64,000 nt of DNA from an uncultured Candidatus Saccharibacteria bacterium (GCA_948945085.1 CARBGY010000002.1:45065-109064); one strand, 5' to 3'. Shown: positions 50,220 to 59,751, counted from the stretch's first letter. Notes: a model not told the origin generated them from the sequence alone. Made by a program: numbers and translations.

Positions 50220-50612
50220 TTAGCGTTTACTCTTTTTAATGAATACACTTTCCTTCTCGAGTTCGGCTCGGAGTGTGAATTCGCGGCATTGATTTTTATC
50301 ATTACAATTTGCGACCTCATAGCTATACGAACTACCGTCAATACCGAGATTTGTACCAAATGGGTCAGTAAATAACTCAGGGTCGATCACAGGCAAAACC
50401 TCTTCATTAATTTCAGAAGGATAGTACCCATATTTAGGATAATAATATTCTTCTAAGGCGTAGTACATAGCGTTAATTGCGGTTTTGCGAGCATCGTCAC
50501 GGTCCATAGCTTCAATATTGGATTTTTGGATGAAGAAGATTACCAAAAGAAGTGACACGAAGGCGCCAACAATCATAAGCTCAAGAACTGTAAAGCCTTT
50601 TTTGTCTTTCAT
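50220..50612 (-). CDS. Type IV pilin / pseudopilin-like protein
   Basis: KKG|FTVLEL, RD..RK, YYP, DP. Confidence 0.8.
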   Translation of the reverse strand: MKDKKGFTVLELMIVGAFVSLLLVIFFIQKSNIEAMDRDDARKTAINAMYYALEEYYYPKYGYYPSEINEEVLPVIDPELFTDPFGTNLGIDGSSYSYEVANCNDKNQCREFTLRAELEKESVFIKKSKR

Positions 50613-50751
50613 AAGTTTATTATATCATAAGTCTCCGACCTAGAAATAATATATTTCTTTATACTACCCTAGCTTCTTCTTAGTCATTCCCCCTTCTTCC
50701 TCCCATACATTATCCTTCCTCACGATGAGATATCTCTATATTCCTTCTCTA

Positions 50752-50863
50752 TTCTCCCTCCCATACATTATCTTCCTCACGGTGGACCGCTTCTCATCTA
50801 AAGAATCGAAGACGGTCCAGCCCGATGAAGATTAGTTCGTCAGATAATGTATGGGAGGGAGAA
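50752..50863. repeat. 22-bp perfect inverted repeat enclosing 68 nt
   Basis: TTCTCCCTCCCATACATTATCT (50752-50773) and its reverse complement (50842-50863); partial third copy near 50699-50713. Confidence 0.85.
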
Positions 50864-50929
50864 GGGAGGAGTAAGAAAAGGAGAAGGGAGGAGTAAGAAA
50901 AGGAGAAGGGAGGAGTAAGAAAAGGAGAA
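50859..50929 (+). repeat. Purine-rich 22-bp tandem repeat, about 3.2 copies
   Basis: GAGAAGGGAGGAGTAAGAAAAG at 50859, 50881 and 50903. Confidence 0.9.
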
Positions 50930-50951
50930 AGAGAAAGAATGGGGAGAAAAA

Positions 50952-51162
50952 GACGATGCAGCGCACCGAGAAACCGTAGAAGCGAGGGTCGTAGTAAGAC
51001 TGGTAGACGTTAGTACTATTGAAATAAAGGTTGTACACATACGTAGCATTAGGATAAGTAGTAGCTGACCAGTATCCGCTATTGCTGCCCGCGCTCCTCA
51101 ATGAACCAGTATGTAGAAGGACGTTCCCGCCGCGTACATAATATAAGGGACTGGCTGCGGTG
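50952..51162 (-). repeat. Variable cassette B2
   Basis: TAASPLYYVRGGNVLLHTGSLRSAGSNSGYWSATTYPNATYVYNLYFNSTNVYQSYYDPRFYGFSVRCIV. Confidence 0.85.
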
Positions 51163-51208
51163 AATGTTTATGTATATATGTATTATATAGAATATGTATG
51201 ATAAATAG

Positions 51209-51262
51209 GATAAGTTATAAGAGAAATGACCTTGATTAAGGTTATTTCTCTTATAACTTATC
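51209..51262. repeat. 25-bp AT-rich hairpin/cruciform between cassettes A3 and B2
   Basis: GATAAGTTATAAGAGAAATGACCTT-gatt-AAGGTTATTTCTCTTATAACTTATC, one non-Watson-Crick pair. Confidence 0.85.
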
Positions 51263-51505
51263 TAATCCACATATCATACATAATATATATGATTAGTATG
51301 CTAGACAGCGGATGGGGAAGCCATTAAAGCGATTCGCCGGTCCATGAGAAGGAGATAGTTCAGTATCGGCTACTTCTATAGCGTAAGCTCCTAGTATGCT
51401 ACCACCAAAAGCGCTATTGGCTGTTATGCGAGAATCACTATAGCTATGGGCGCCCAGTGTACGTATCGCCCTAGCAGCTGGCGCAGAATATCCGCTACGG
51501 ACGAA
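51259..51505 (-). repeat. Variable cassette A3 plus tail type 2
   Basis: FVRSGYSAPAARAIRTLGAHSYSDSRITANSAFGGSILGAYAIEVADTELSPSHGPANRFNGFPIRCLAY*. Confidence 0.85.
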
Positions 51506-51542
51506 AAAATTGATCCACCATTTGTGTATGTTGAATCAATTT

Positions 51543-51619
51543 TGGTAGTACCGACTGGGTTTGAACCAGTGACCTTGGGCTTATGAGTCCCACGCTCTAA
51601 CCAACTGAGCTACGGTACC
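51543..51619 (-). tRNA. tRNA with CAT anticodon (elongator Met or Ile2)
   Basis: GGTACCG/CGGTACT acceptor, CTCATAA loop, GTTCAAA, CCA; lacks initiator features. Confidence 0.9.
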
Positions 51620-51723
51620 AGATTTACTGATAGAAGGAACAGGAAACTTTGCTGTGTTAGGGATCCGGTCTACCTTCTCGATGAAAAAGTTTTCGTAAGA
51701 CCTAAAGGTCTTCCAAAACCTTC

Positions 51724-51810
51724 TGGCGGAAGGGACAGGATTCGAACCTGCGAAGCTATTAACTTGCCGGTTTTCAAGACCGGTGCCATCAACCACTCGG
51801 CCACCCTTCC
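51724..51810 (-). tRNA. tRNA-Ser(TGA)
   Basis: GGAAGGG/CCCTTCC acceptor, CTTGAAA loop, long variable arm, GCCA. Confidence 0.94.
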
Positions 51811-51871
51811 GTTTTTCATTATAGCATAGCTTTTCTTTCCTGACAATCTTGAACTCGTTTTTTAGGTCCTC

Positions 51872-52141
51872 TTCGTCCGTAGCGGTATGCTCTTCATTCG
51901 ACAGGGTAGTGTTCGTCATATTGGTCGTAGTGTTAATATCTGGTCAGATATCGTCGCTATGTTTTATAGTGTATCTGCTTCTAATAATGGTGCTTCCGCC
52001 GAAGTCTACAATTTTGGCGCCCCCCTACTAATGTACTTACCTCATATGAACCAGATAATTGCTACTATGCTTTTCCCATCCGCTGTCTAAATGTATAAAT
52101 TAAAATAAATATAATATCTAAGTAAGACAAAAAGTAGTTAG
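51872..52141 (+). repeat. Variable cassette A4 plus tail type 1 (frameshifted, probably at the C6 run 52020-52025)
   Basis: FVRSGMLFIRQGSVRHIGRSVNIWSD...EVYNFGA, then in a shifted frame TNVLTSYEPDNCYYAFPIRCLNV*. Confidence 0.85.
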
Positions 52142-52225
52142 ATTAACAAAAAGCCTGCCTCTTTTATTGTCCATGATGTCAACTTTTACAATCCCGATAA
52201 GAAGAATAGTAGCGATATTAATTAT

Positions 52226-52927
52226 CTACTCAGCATTAGTATGAACGGCGGTAACGTCGTCAAGGTCATCAAGAGCATCCAACAAGCGGCTAAGTTTCTC
52301 GCCATCATCGTCAGCAACGGAGATGACGGAAGTAGGAATATAACGTAGTTCGGCAGTATTAACAGTAAGACCAGCTTCGATTAAGGTTTGGCGAACCTTC
52401 ATTAAATCGTTAGGAGCAGTAATAATCTCGAGACCATCGTCACCTTCTTCTACGTCTTCGGCGCCACTATCAAGCACTGTCATCATAGCATCCTCACCAG
52501 TTTCTCCAATTTCGATGTAGCCCTTACGCGCGAATTGAAACATGACCGATCCAGGATCGGCCATTCGACCGCCGTTTTTATTGAGGGTATTGCGAACTTC
52601 TGGCATAGTGCGGTTCTTATTGTCGGTTGCAACCTCAATAATAATGCCAACCCCTCCAGGGCCGTAACCTTCATAGGTTTCCTCGTTCAGGGCAGCTGCA
52701 GATTTGTCGGAGACTCGTGCAATTGCGCGCTCGATATTGGCCTTTGGCATGTTGGCCTGGCGAGCTTTTTCAAGCATCATGGCGAGAGATGGGTTCATAT
52801 TAGGGTCGGCGCCGGAACGAGCAGCAATGGCAATTTGGTTAGCGATTTTAGTAAATAGCGCTCCGCGTTTTGCGTCAACGACGGCCTTTTGGCGTTTTGT
52901 GGTGGCCCACTTGCTGTGTCCAGACAT
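52226..52927 (-). CDS. yebC: YebC/PmpR family protein
   Basis: MSGHSKW, YEGYGPGG, TDNKNRT, DDLDDV..V.TN. Confidence 0.95.
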   Translation of the reverse strand: MSGHSKWATTKRQKAVVDAKRGALFTKIANQIAIAARSGADPNMNPSLAMMLEKARQANMPKANIERAIARVSDKSAAALNEETYEGYGPGGVGIIIEVATDNKNRTMPEVRNTLNKNGGRMADPGSVMFQFARKGYIEIGETGEDAMMTVLDSGAEDVEEGDDGLEIITAPNDLMKVRQTLIEAGLTVNTAELRYIPTSVISVADDDGEKLSRLLDALDDLDDVTAVHTNAE

Positions 52928-53031
52928 AAGTACATCTCCTATTGCGCCTCGTTTATTAATAACTTCGACGCTTTATTATTATATAAAATTTGCTTTTATA
53001 TTAACACAAAAATAAGTTTTCTGCTAGATAA

Positions 53032-53118
53032 TGGTCCCCGGAACAGGGGTTGAACCTGCACTCGATTGCTCGAACTAGCACCTGAAGCTAGCGCGTCTGC
53101 CAATTCCGCCATCCGGGG
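53032..53118 (-). tRNA. tRNA-Leu(CAG)
   Basis: CCCCGGA/TCCGGGG acceptor, CTAGC-TTCAGGT-GCTAG, long variable arm, CCA. Confidence 0.93.
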
Positions 53119-53189
53119 TAACTTTCTTATTTTAACACAAAATGCCCCTAATCGGTAGGGGTATTTTGGGCTAGCAATTGTGTTTAGAT

Positions 53190-55091
53190 TTAGTGCAGCT
53201 TTACGCTAGCAGGTAGTTTAGCGTCTCGCAAAATCGGCTCAAGGTCTTTTTCCTCAAGGGTTTCCTGCTTCAGGAGAGCCTCAGCAAGTTTATCAAGAAT
53301 GGGCTTATTAGCTTTAAGAACAGCCTCTGCACGCAAAGCCGCTTCGTCAGAAAGAGTTTTAACTTCTTGATCGATTAGCTCGGCAGTTTTCTCGGAATAT
53401 GGTTTACCGGTGGCGATAGTATAATAGCCCATATCTCCTTCAGGGAACACGAGGTTACGAGTCTGTTTACCCATCCCCTCTTCGACAATCATTTCCTTAC
53501 TAAGTTCGGCAACATGCTTAAGATCGGACGAAGCTCCGGTAGTAACAGCATCTTCGCCGAAAATGAGTTTTTCAGCAATACGACCACCCATTGCTCGAGC
53601 AAGAATGTCTTTTAACTCATAAATACTTTTGTAGCTACGGTCTTCTGGAGGAAGGAACCAAGTAACTCCACCAGTATGGCCACGCGGGATAATAGTGACC
53701 TTATGAACAGGATCGGAATCCGGAAGGACATGACCAACAATTGCATGTCCGGCTTCGTGGTAAGCGGTAAGCTTGCGTTCGTTATCGTTCATAACTTTAC
53801 TCTTGCGTTCAGGGCCAATCGCAACGCGTTCGAAGGCTTCGGTGAGGTCAGCATTAGTAATTTCCTTGTGACGTTCACGGGCGGCAGTGATTGCGGCTTC
53901 GTTAGCAATATTAGCAAGATCGGCACCCGAGCTCCCAGCAGTTTTGGCAGCAAGCGCGTCAAGATCCACACTACTATCAATAGGCTTATTCTTAAAATGA
54001 ACTTTGAGGATTTCGAGTCGATCTTTACGTTCTGGCAGGCTAACGTTAATGTGACGGTCGAACCGACCAGGGCGTAATAATGCTTTATCTAACATGTCAA
54101 CACGGTTAGTAGCAGCGATGACAATTACTCCGGAATCATTATCGAAACCATCCATCTCGACGAGAATTTGGTTTAAGGTTTGCTCATCTTCGCGTCCTGC
54201 GCCACCACGGGCATCACGTTTATGAGCGACAGCGTCGATCTCATCGATAAATATAATTGATGGTGCGTTTTTCTTGGCTTTTGCAAATAGGTCACGCACA
54301 CGAGAGGCACCGACACCGACAAACATTTCGGCAAATTCTGAACCAGATATACTGAAGAATGGGACCGAAGCTTCACCAGCGACAGCGCGCGCCATGAGGG
54401 TTTTACCAGTACCAGGGTCACCAGCTAAGAGAACTCCGCGGGGGATTTTAGCGCCGAGTTTTTCGTATTTTTTAGGTTCTTTAAGAAAATCTACGACCTC
54501 TTCTAGGTCTTGCTTGGCGGCTTCGTTACCAGCAACATCTTTAAAGAGAACTCGTTTTTTGTCTGGACCGTAAAGTTTGGCTTTAGCTTTGCCGAAACCC
54601 ATTGATTGGTTATTCATCGACTGAGCTTGGCGCATCATCGAATTAAAGAAGAAAATGACTATAATAATTGGAATGCCAATAATGGCGATGTCGAGAGCAT
54701 AATCCCAGAAGCTAGAAACTTCAGTATATTCGATAATTGGATATTTTGCCTGACAATTAGAGAGCTCTTCGCCATTAAATTCCGCACACTGATCGATTAG
54801 GCCTTGCTCGTATAAAGTTCCTGACGGATCTTTTCTCGAGGTCTGAGTGTAACGATCTTTCCCTTTTAGAGTAATTTTCAGGTTGCTACCTTCAACGGTA
54901 ATCTTTGCGATGTCCCCATTTTCATCATTAGCGCGAGCGATTACGCTGGACAGCGGAACTTCTTCAATAGGGCCGTCAGGCGTCATCATTGAAGCCAAAA
55001 AGCTACAACACAAGATTGCTAAAAACAGAAACACGATCCAACGGACAACATTGCTGCCTTTAGCTGGCTGTTTCTTGACGGTTTGTGGCAT
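53190..55091 (-). CDS. ftsH: ATP-dependent zinc metalloprotease FtsH
   Basis: Two TMs, [26 protein letters not shown]; start moved to ATG 55091 (AGGAGG). Confidence 0.97.
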   Translation of the reverse strand: MPQTVKKQPAKGSNVVRWIVFLFLAILCCSFLASMMTPDGPIEEVPLSSVIARANDENGDIAKITVEGSNLKITLKGKDRYTQTSRKDPSGTLYEQGLIDQCAEFNGEELSNCQAKYPIIEYTEVSSFWDYALDIAIIGIPIIIVIFFFNSMMRQAQSMNNQSMGFGKAKAKLYGPDKKRVLFKDVAGNEAAKQDLEEVVDFLKEPKKYEKLGAKIPRGVLLAGDPGTGKTLMARAVAGEASVPFFSISGSEFAEMFVGVGASRVRDLFAKAKKNAPSIIFIDEIDAVAHKRDARGGAGREDEQTLNQILVEMDGFDNDSGVIVIAATNRVDMLDKALLRPGRFDRHINVSLPERKDRLEILKVHFKNKPIDSSVDLDALAAKTAGSSGADLANIANEAAITAARERHKEITNADLTEAFERVAIGPERKSKVMNDNERKLTAYHEAGHAIVGHVLPDSDPVHKVTIIPRGHTGGVTWFLPPEDRSYKSIYELKDILARAMGGRIAEKLIFGEDAVTTGASSDLKHVAELSKEMIVEEGMGKQTRNLVFPEGDMGYYTIATGKPYSEKTAELIDQEVKTLSDEAALRAEAVLKANKPILDKLAEALLKQETLEEKDLEPILRDAKLPASVKLH

Positions 55092-55292
55092 GATACCTCC
55101 TGTTAAACGAATAATATGAAATTCTAAAAACTCTAGATAATTCCCTGTTTTAGAGTGTATCACGCTTAGAGAGACATGTCAAATAGCCTAAGGGTTGGTA
55201 GCGGTTTCTTAAAGGCCTGCATTGTGTTTTATGTATTTGATGTTTAAACAGCGACCGGAAAAGTTCAGAAAAATCCCTTTAGCAGTGATATA

Positions 55293-55601
55293 ATGTTTAG
55301 AGAGGAAGGAATAAGATATTTGGCGAAATTGAGAACCTACGTTGTGACGGACGATTTAATGCGAATTGATAATTTAGTGCAAGATTTAGCGTGTCACAAT
55401 ATAATAACAAAAGATGATCTGCAAGTCACGATGAGTTATTTCCAGACGCGCCTGCCGGCAATATTGACTCCAATTATTATTGCGAAGCTAATGAAAGTTG
55501 GTATCACCAGATCACGATATAAGGCCGAAACAATATTAGTTGAAGACTTAGCGTATATTTACGTGAATTTTGATAAGTTTCAGGAAAAATTGAAGCAATG
55601 A
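55293..55601 (+). CDS. Hypothetical protein
   Basis: 102-aa ORF; start uncertain. Confidence 0.45.
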   Translation: MFREEGIRYLAKLRTYVVTDDLMRIDNLVQDLACHNIITKDDLQVTMSYFQTRLPAILTPIIIAKLMKVGITRSRYKAETILVEDLAYIYVNFDKFQEKLKQ

Positions 55602-55754
55602 AATTAGTTTTGTTGCATAGGACGGAAGTAATGAGATAATATCGGTTGAAGGCAACCATTTCCGGATATGGTAGTATTTTTAGGATACAAGTAACATTAA
55701 CTTCGAAAATTCTTACCTTCACCTCTAGGAGAGTTTGTGGTAGAATGATCTTAT

Positions 55755-55830
55755 CAGGGTGTGGCGCAGTTGGTAGCGCGCGCGGTTCGGGACTGCGAGG
55801 TCGTGAGTTCAAGTCTCATCACCCTGACCA
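55755..55830 (+). tRNA. tRNA-Pro(CGG)
   Basis: CAGGGTG/CACCCTG acceptor, TTCGGGA loop, CCA. Confidence 0.93.
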
Positions 55831-55955
55831 AGTTGGACGTTTTTTGAAAAGTCGTTAAGTTAAATAGTTTGCGTATTGGAATTCTTGGTAATGTAAAACT
55901 TTTGACAAGTGCAGATGACTTAACGATTGTACGCTATGTTTTAAGAAGGAGAAGC

Positions 55956-56534
55956 GTGGAGAAATTTTTAGCAGGATTACAAGGTTTAACTGTTGCATTA
56001 CCTGTAATTATCTTCTTTTTTGTGCCAATAGCGTTTTTTATATTTATATACGTTGTTGTCATAAAAGGGCTAAGCGCTCCCTCAAGAAAAAGAGACCTAA
56101 ATCTGCATACAGAAAAACCGAGATTGTCATATAAATATCGGGGTAAAACCCATATAATGACGCAACGTGAGGAAAAATTCTTTTTGTTACTAAATGGTAT
56201 ATTTCGAGATAAGTGCTATATTATTCCGCAAGTTCATCTATCTGCTTTACTAGAACATCGTATAAAAGGACAGAGCTGGAAAGGCGCATTTTCGCACATT
56301 AATGGTAAATCAGTTGATTACGTGCTACTTCGTAGTAGAGATTTAAGTGTATTATGTGCGGTTGAGCTTGACGATTCAACTCATAATAAGGCTGAGCGTA
56401 TAAAGCGAGATCAAGAAGTTGGATGGATATTGGGACTTGCCAACATTCCGCTAGTGCGCCTGAGAAATCCTGAGAATATGTCGAAACAAGAGATAGTTGA
56501 TTCTTTTGCAAAAATCATTAACAAAACTAATTAA
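55956..56534 (+). CDS. DUF2726 domain protein
   Basis: TM, then MT..E..F, PQVHLS, INGKSVDYVL, ELDD.TH, RD; GTG start after AAGGAG. Confidence 0.8.
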   Translation: MEKFLAGLQGLTVALPVIIFFFVPIAFFIFIYVVVIKGLSAPSRKRDLNLHTEKPRLSYKYRGKTHIMTQREEKFFLLLNGIFRDKCYIIPQVHLSALLEHRIKGQSWKGAFSHINGKSVDYVLLRSRDLSVLCAVELDDSTHNKAERIKRDQEVGWILGLANIPLVRLRNPENMSKQEIVDSFAKIINKTN

Positions 56535-56756
56535 GCTAACGTTCTTAACCTTTTATTAACTGAAAAAGTTATGTATTATTAATTCTTTCTGGAGCGCGAT
56601 GATAAAGCTGAATAGATAGATTAGCAACAATTGGGAGCCCTGTAAATGCCGTTTTGCAAAACTTTCGAAAATACCCTAGTAAAACTATATTATCTATGAT
56701 ATAATTTGATAGAGTTCAGAAGTTCTTGTCAGACTTTTGGATATAAATTTACATGT

Positions 56757-56832
56757 CGGGGCGTAGCACAGTTGGTAGCGCACACGGTTTGGGACCGTGA
56801 GGTCGCTGGTTCGAGTCCAGTCGCCCCGACCA
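56757..56832 (+). tRNA. tRNA-Pro(TGG)
   Basis: CGGGGCG/CGCCCCG acceptor, TTTGGGA loop, CCA. Confidence 0.94.
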
Positions 56833-56893
56833 TCGATTAGTTTTTCACATTTGATAAAATACTGGTCTTTGATTGGATAATGGAGTTAACACA

Positions 56894-58681
56894 ATGCAGG
56901 AAATTTTTAGTAATACCACCCTTACCGTTGAGTACCTAATCAACAAAATCGCCACCGGTGAACTAGGTCTGCCAGAGTTACAACGTCCATTCGTCTGGAA
57001 AGACACTAAAGTTCGAGATCTTTTTGATTCCATGATGCGAGGATACCCCATCGGTTATCTCATGCTTTGGGAATGTCCCAAAGCAAATAAAAAGAAATCA
57101 ATTGGTACTAATAACCATAATTATAGCGAACCAAAAGAAGTCATCATCGACGGTCAACAACGCCTTACATCCCTATACTCCGTCATCATGGGCAAAACAG
57201 TTGTCGATTCTAATTTCCGCGAGCGAACCATCACCATTTCTTATTGCCCGCTCAAAAATAAATTCGAGGTTGGACACTCCGCCACCAAAAACGACCCCGA
57301 ATGGATATATAATATCAGCGACCTATTCACTACTGTTAATAACTTCAAATACACCGGAGATTTCATCGAACGACTGCGTGAGTATCGCATCTCAAAAAAC
57401 GAAGACCTCACCGATCAGGAACAAGATGATATCGCCAATCGTATCAATGCCATCTTCAACCTTAAAAAATATACTCTACCCGTCTTCAATATTGGCGCCG
57501 ATGCCCAAGAAGAGGCCGTTTCTGACATTTTTGTCCGAGTTAATTCCGGTGCGGTCCCGCTAACACAAAACGATTTCATTCTGACACTATTCTCCCTCTA
57601 TTGGGATGACGGTCGTCACCAAATTGAAGCCTTCAGCAAAGCATCCACCATCCCTACTAACAAAGAAACTACGTCTTACAATGGAATTACTCAAGTAGAC
57701 GCTCAAGACATTATTCGCGTCGTCATGGCCTACGCTTTTGATCGTGCAAGGTTAAAATACAGCTACAAGCTACTACGCGGAGCCGATTTTGATAAACGCG
57801 GCGTTGTTGAAGATGAATTACGCAAACAACGCTTCGAAACCTTAAAAACCAAATTACCGGATGTCCTCAATGTGCACAGCTGGCACGAGTTCATCAAAGC
57901 CATCACGAACGCCGGATATCTCTCTAGTGAGCTCATCCTCTCTCATAACGCTATCTTCTACAGCTATGCCTTATACCTCATCGCTATGCACCGTTTTGGC
58001 GCATCTTACAACGAAAACATGCACCTCACTTCCCTCTGGTTCTTCTGTGCGTCCATAACCTCCCTATATACTGGCTCGTTCGAATCTACAGTAGAAAACC
58101 ACCTCAATTCCATTAAAGAATTCGCCAGTCTTGAAGAGTATAAAAATTTCATCCTTTCCAAAGTTGACGAACGCCTCACCAATGATTACTTCAATATTAC
58201 CCTGCTCGGATCGGAAGGACTGGCAGTCTCCGGCAAGGGCAATAACGCCTGGAACGCTTATGTAGCCTCACTCAATATCCTTAACGCTAGAGTTCTATTC
58301 TCACAAGGAAATCTCTTAGTATCTCAACTGTTTGATACCAATAAGTCAAGTAATCGCAAATCACTCGAGAAACATCATCTCTTCCCTAAGGCTTATCTCA
58401 AGTCTCTCGGATACCCCGATTCTAAAATTAACCAAATGGCTAACTACGCGCTCATCGATTGGAAAGATAATGCCGAAATCCTCGACGCCGCGCCGTCAAT
58501 TTATTATCCCGAGAAATGTAAAAATATGAGCACATTAGAGATTCAGCACATGGAAGAAGAAAACGCTCTTCCCCACGGATGGGAAAATATGAAATACGAA
58601 GATTTTCTCCAAGAACGCCGAAAACTAATGTCCGCCAAGATCAAGGCCGCTTTCAACTTGCTCAGAAGCCATATCAACTAA
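56894..58681 (+). CDS. GmrSD-family modification-dependent restriction protein (DUF262 + HNH-like)
   Basis: LPELQRPFVW, IDGQQRLTSL, FVRVNSG, EKHHLFPK...AN. Confidence 0.85.
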   Translation: MQEIFSNTTLTVEYLINKIATGELGLPELQRPFVWKDTKVRDLFDSMMRGYPIGYLMLWECPKANKKKSIGTNNHNYSEPKEVIIDGQQRLTSLYSVIMGKTVVDSNFRERTITISYCPLKNKFEVGHSATKNDPEWIYNISDLFTTVNNFKYTGDFIERLREYRISKNEDLTDQEQDDIANRINAIFNLKKYTLPVFNIGADAQEEAVSDIFVRVNSGAVPLTQNDFILTLFSLYWDDGRHQIEAFSKASTIPTNKETTSYNGITQVDAQDIIRVVMAYAFDRARLKYSYKLLRGADFDKRGVVEDELRKQRFETLKTKLPDVLNVHSWHEFIKAITNAGYLSSELILSHNAIFYSYALYLIAMHRFGASYNENMHLTSLWFFCASITSLYTGSFESTVENHLNSIKEFASLEEYKNFILSKVDERLTNDYFNITLLGSEGLAVSGKGNNAWNAYVASLNILNARVLFSQGNLLVSQLFDTNKSSNRKSLEKHHLFPKAYLKSLGYPDSKINQMANYALIDWKDNAEILDAAPSIYYPEKCKNMSTLEIQHMEEENALPHGWENMKYEDFLQERRKLMSAKIKAAFNLLRSHIN

Positions 58682-58696
58682 ACCAGAACAAAAGGC

Positions 58697-59065
58697 ATGA
58701 CGAATCTCTCACTTCTCGAACAAAACTTCAAAACTCTAATCATCTCCCAATGCAAATTCTGCAAATTCGACAAATATCTGGAACGAAACCCCGATTTTGA
58801 ATTTCCCAAAATCACCCCTGAGTTGCTCGGCTGGGAAAATGGGGAGCATATTACAATCCCGGGGCTTTTTGGTGGCTTCAGCTACTTCCTAGAAATGGAC
58901 AATAGTAAGCCGATCCTCTACGCTGAACAGTCCAGTCGCATGAACTATGATAGTGATAGTTCCTCGGTTTTTGAGGTTGGTATGGACGGGAGCAGACTAT
59001 TAGAGGGCGAGGAGCGGAGAAAAGTTTGGGGGAAGTTTAGGCAACTAGACAAGAAAAAGATTTGA
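58697..59065 (+). CDS. Hypothetical protein
   Basis: 122-aa ORF directly after the GmrSD gene. Confidence 0.55.
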   Translation: MTNLSLLEQNFKTLIISQCKFCKFDKYLERNPDFEFPKITPELLGWENGEHITIPGLFGGFSYFLEMDNSKPILYAEQSSRMNYDSDSSSVFEVGMDGSRLLEGEERRKVWGKFRQLDKKKI

Positions 59066-59098
59066 AGAACATAAACGAAAGATGGAAGAGAGAAAAAC

Positions 59099-59299
59099 AT
59101 GAACCCAGCGAGCGAGAATAGCATTACCATTATGAAATATAAATCTCCGGACGGAGTGTATGATTTTAAGTGCCTTGATAAATGGAATGTGGTAGATGAA
59201 GTAGAACGGTTGGGCAAGATGATTGAGGAAAAGAAAAAGCTAGAAGCTGAGGGTTATGAGGTTTTGTGGATTAAAACTTTGCCGATATTTGATTTATAG
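59099..59299 (+). CDS. Small hypothetical protein
   Basis: 66 aa; shares SIT(I/V)MKY...DG.Y with the next ORF. Confidence 0.5.
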   Translation: MNPASENSITIMKYKSPDGVYDFKCLDKWNVVDEVERLGKMIEEKKKLEAEGYEVLWIKTLPIFDL

Positions 59300-59430
59300 C
59301 AACGCCACCTCGACTCAACGGCAGATGGTGGGAAAGCTTTAGACTTGAATAGTAGCCTTTAAGTGTTGGACTCATAGAGGCTATATTTTTGTCATTTACT
59401 TTTTTCGTACTTCTAACGATAATTGCTGTT

Positions 59431-59751
59431 ATGAAACATTTATCTCCAAAGTCAATTACGGTTATGAAGTATTTGGGTACAGATGGAGAATATCACTATG
59501 TCGAAGCGAACGACATTACTTTTCCAAGTCTTGAAGATAGGTTAAACTATTTAAGCCAATTGGAGTATAAACTTTGGGCTGATGATGAGATTGTCGAGCA
59601 CGAAGCTAGCCAAGCAATAAAGGCTTGCGGTATGAGCAGCTGGGAGTATAGAGATATTTTATTAAACTACAATCACTATAAAAGGTACGTTGAAGCGAAA
59701 TATGAGTCGGTTGATAAGTTTATGAGGAACTATAAGAAATGCGGCTACTAG
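59431..59751 (+). CDS. Small hypothetical protein
   Basis: ATG 59431 preferred; N-terminus similar to 59099..59299. Confidence 0.55.
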   Translation: MKHLSPKSITVMKYLGTDGEYHYVEANDITFPSLEDRLNYLSQLEYKLWADDEIVEHEASQAIKACGMSSWEYRDILLNYNHYKRYVEAKYESVDKFMRNYKKCGY

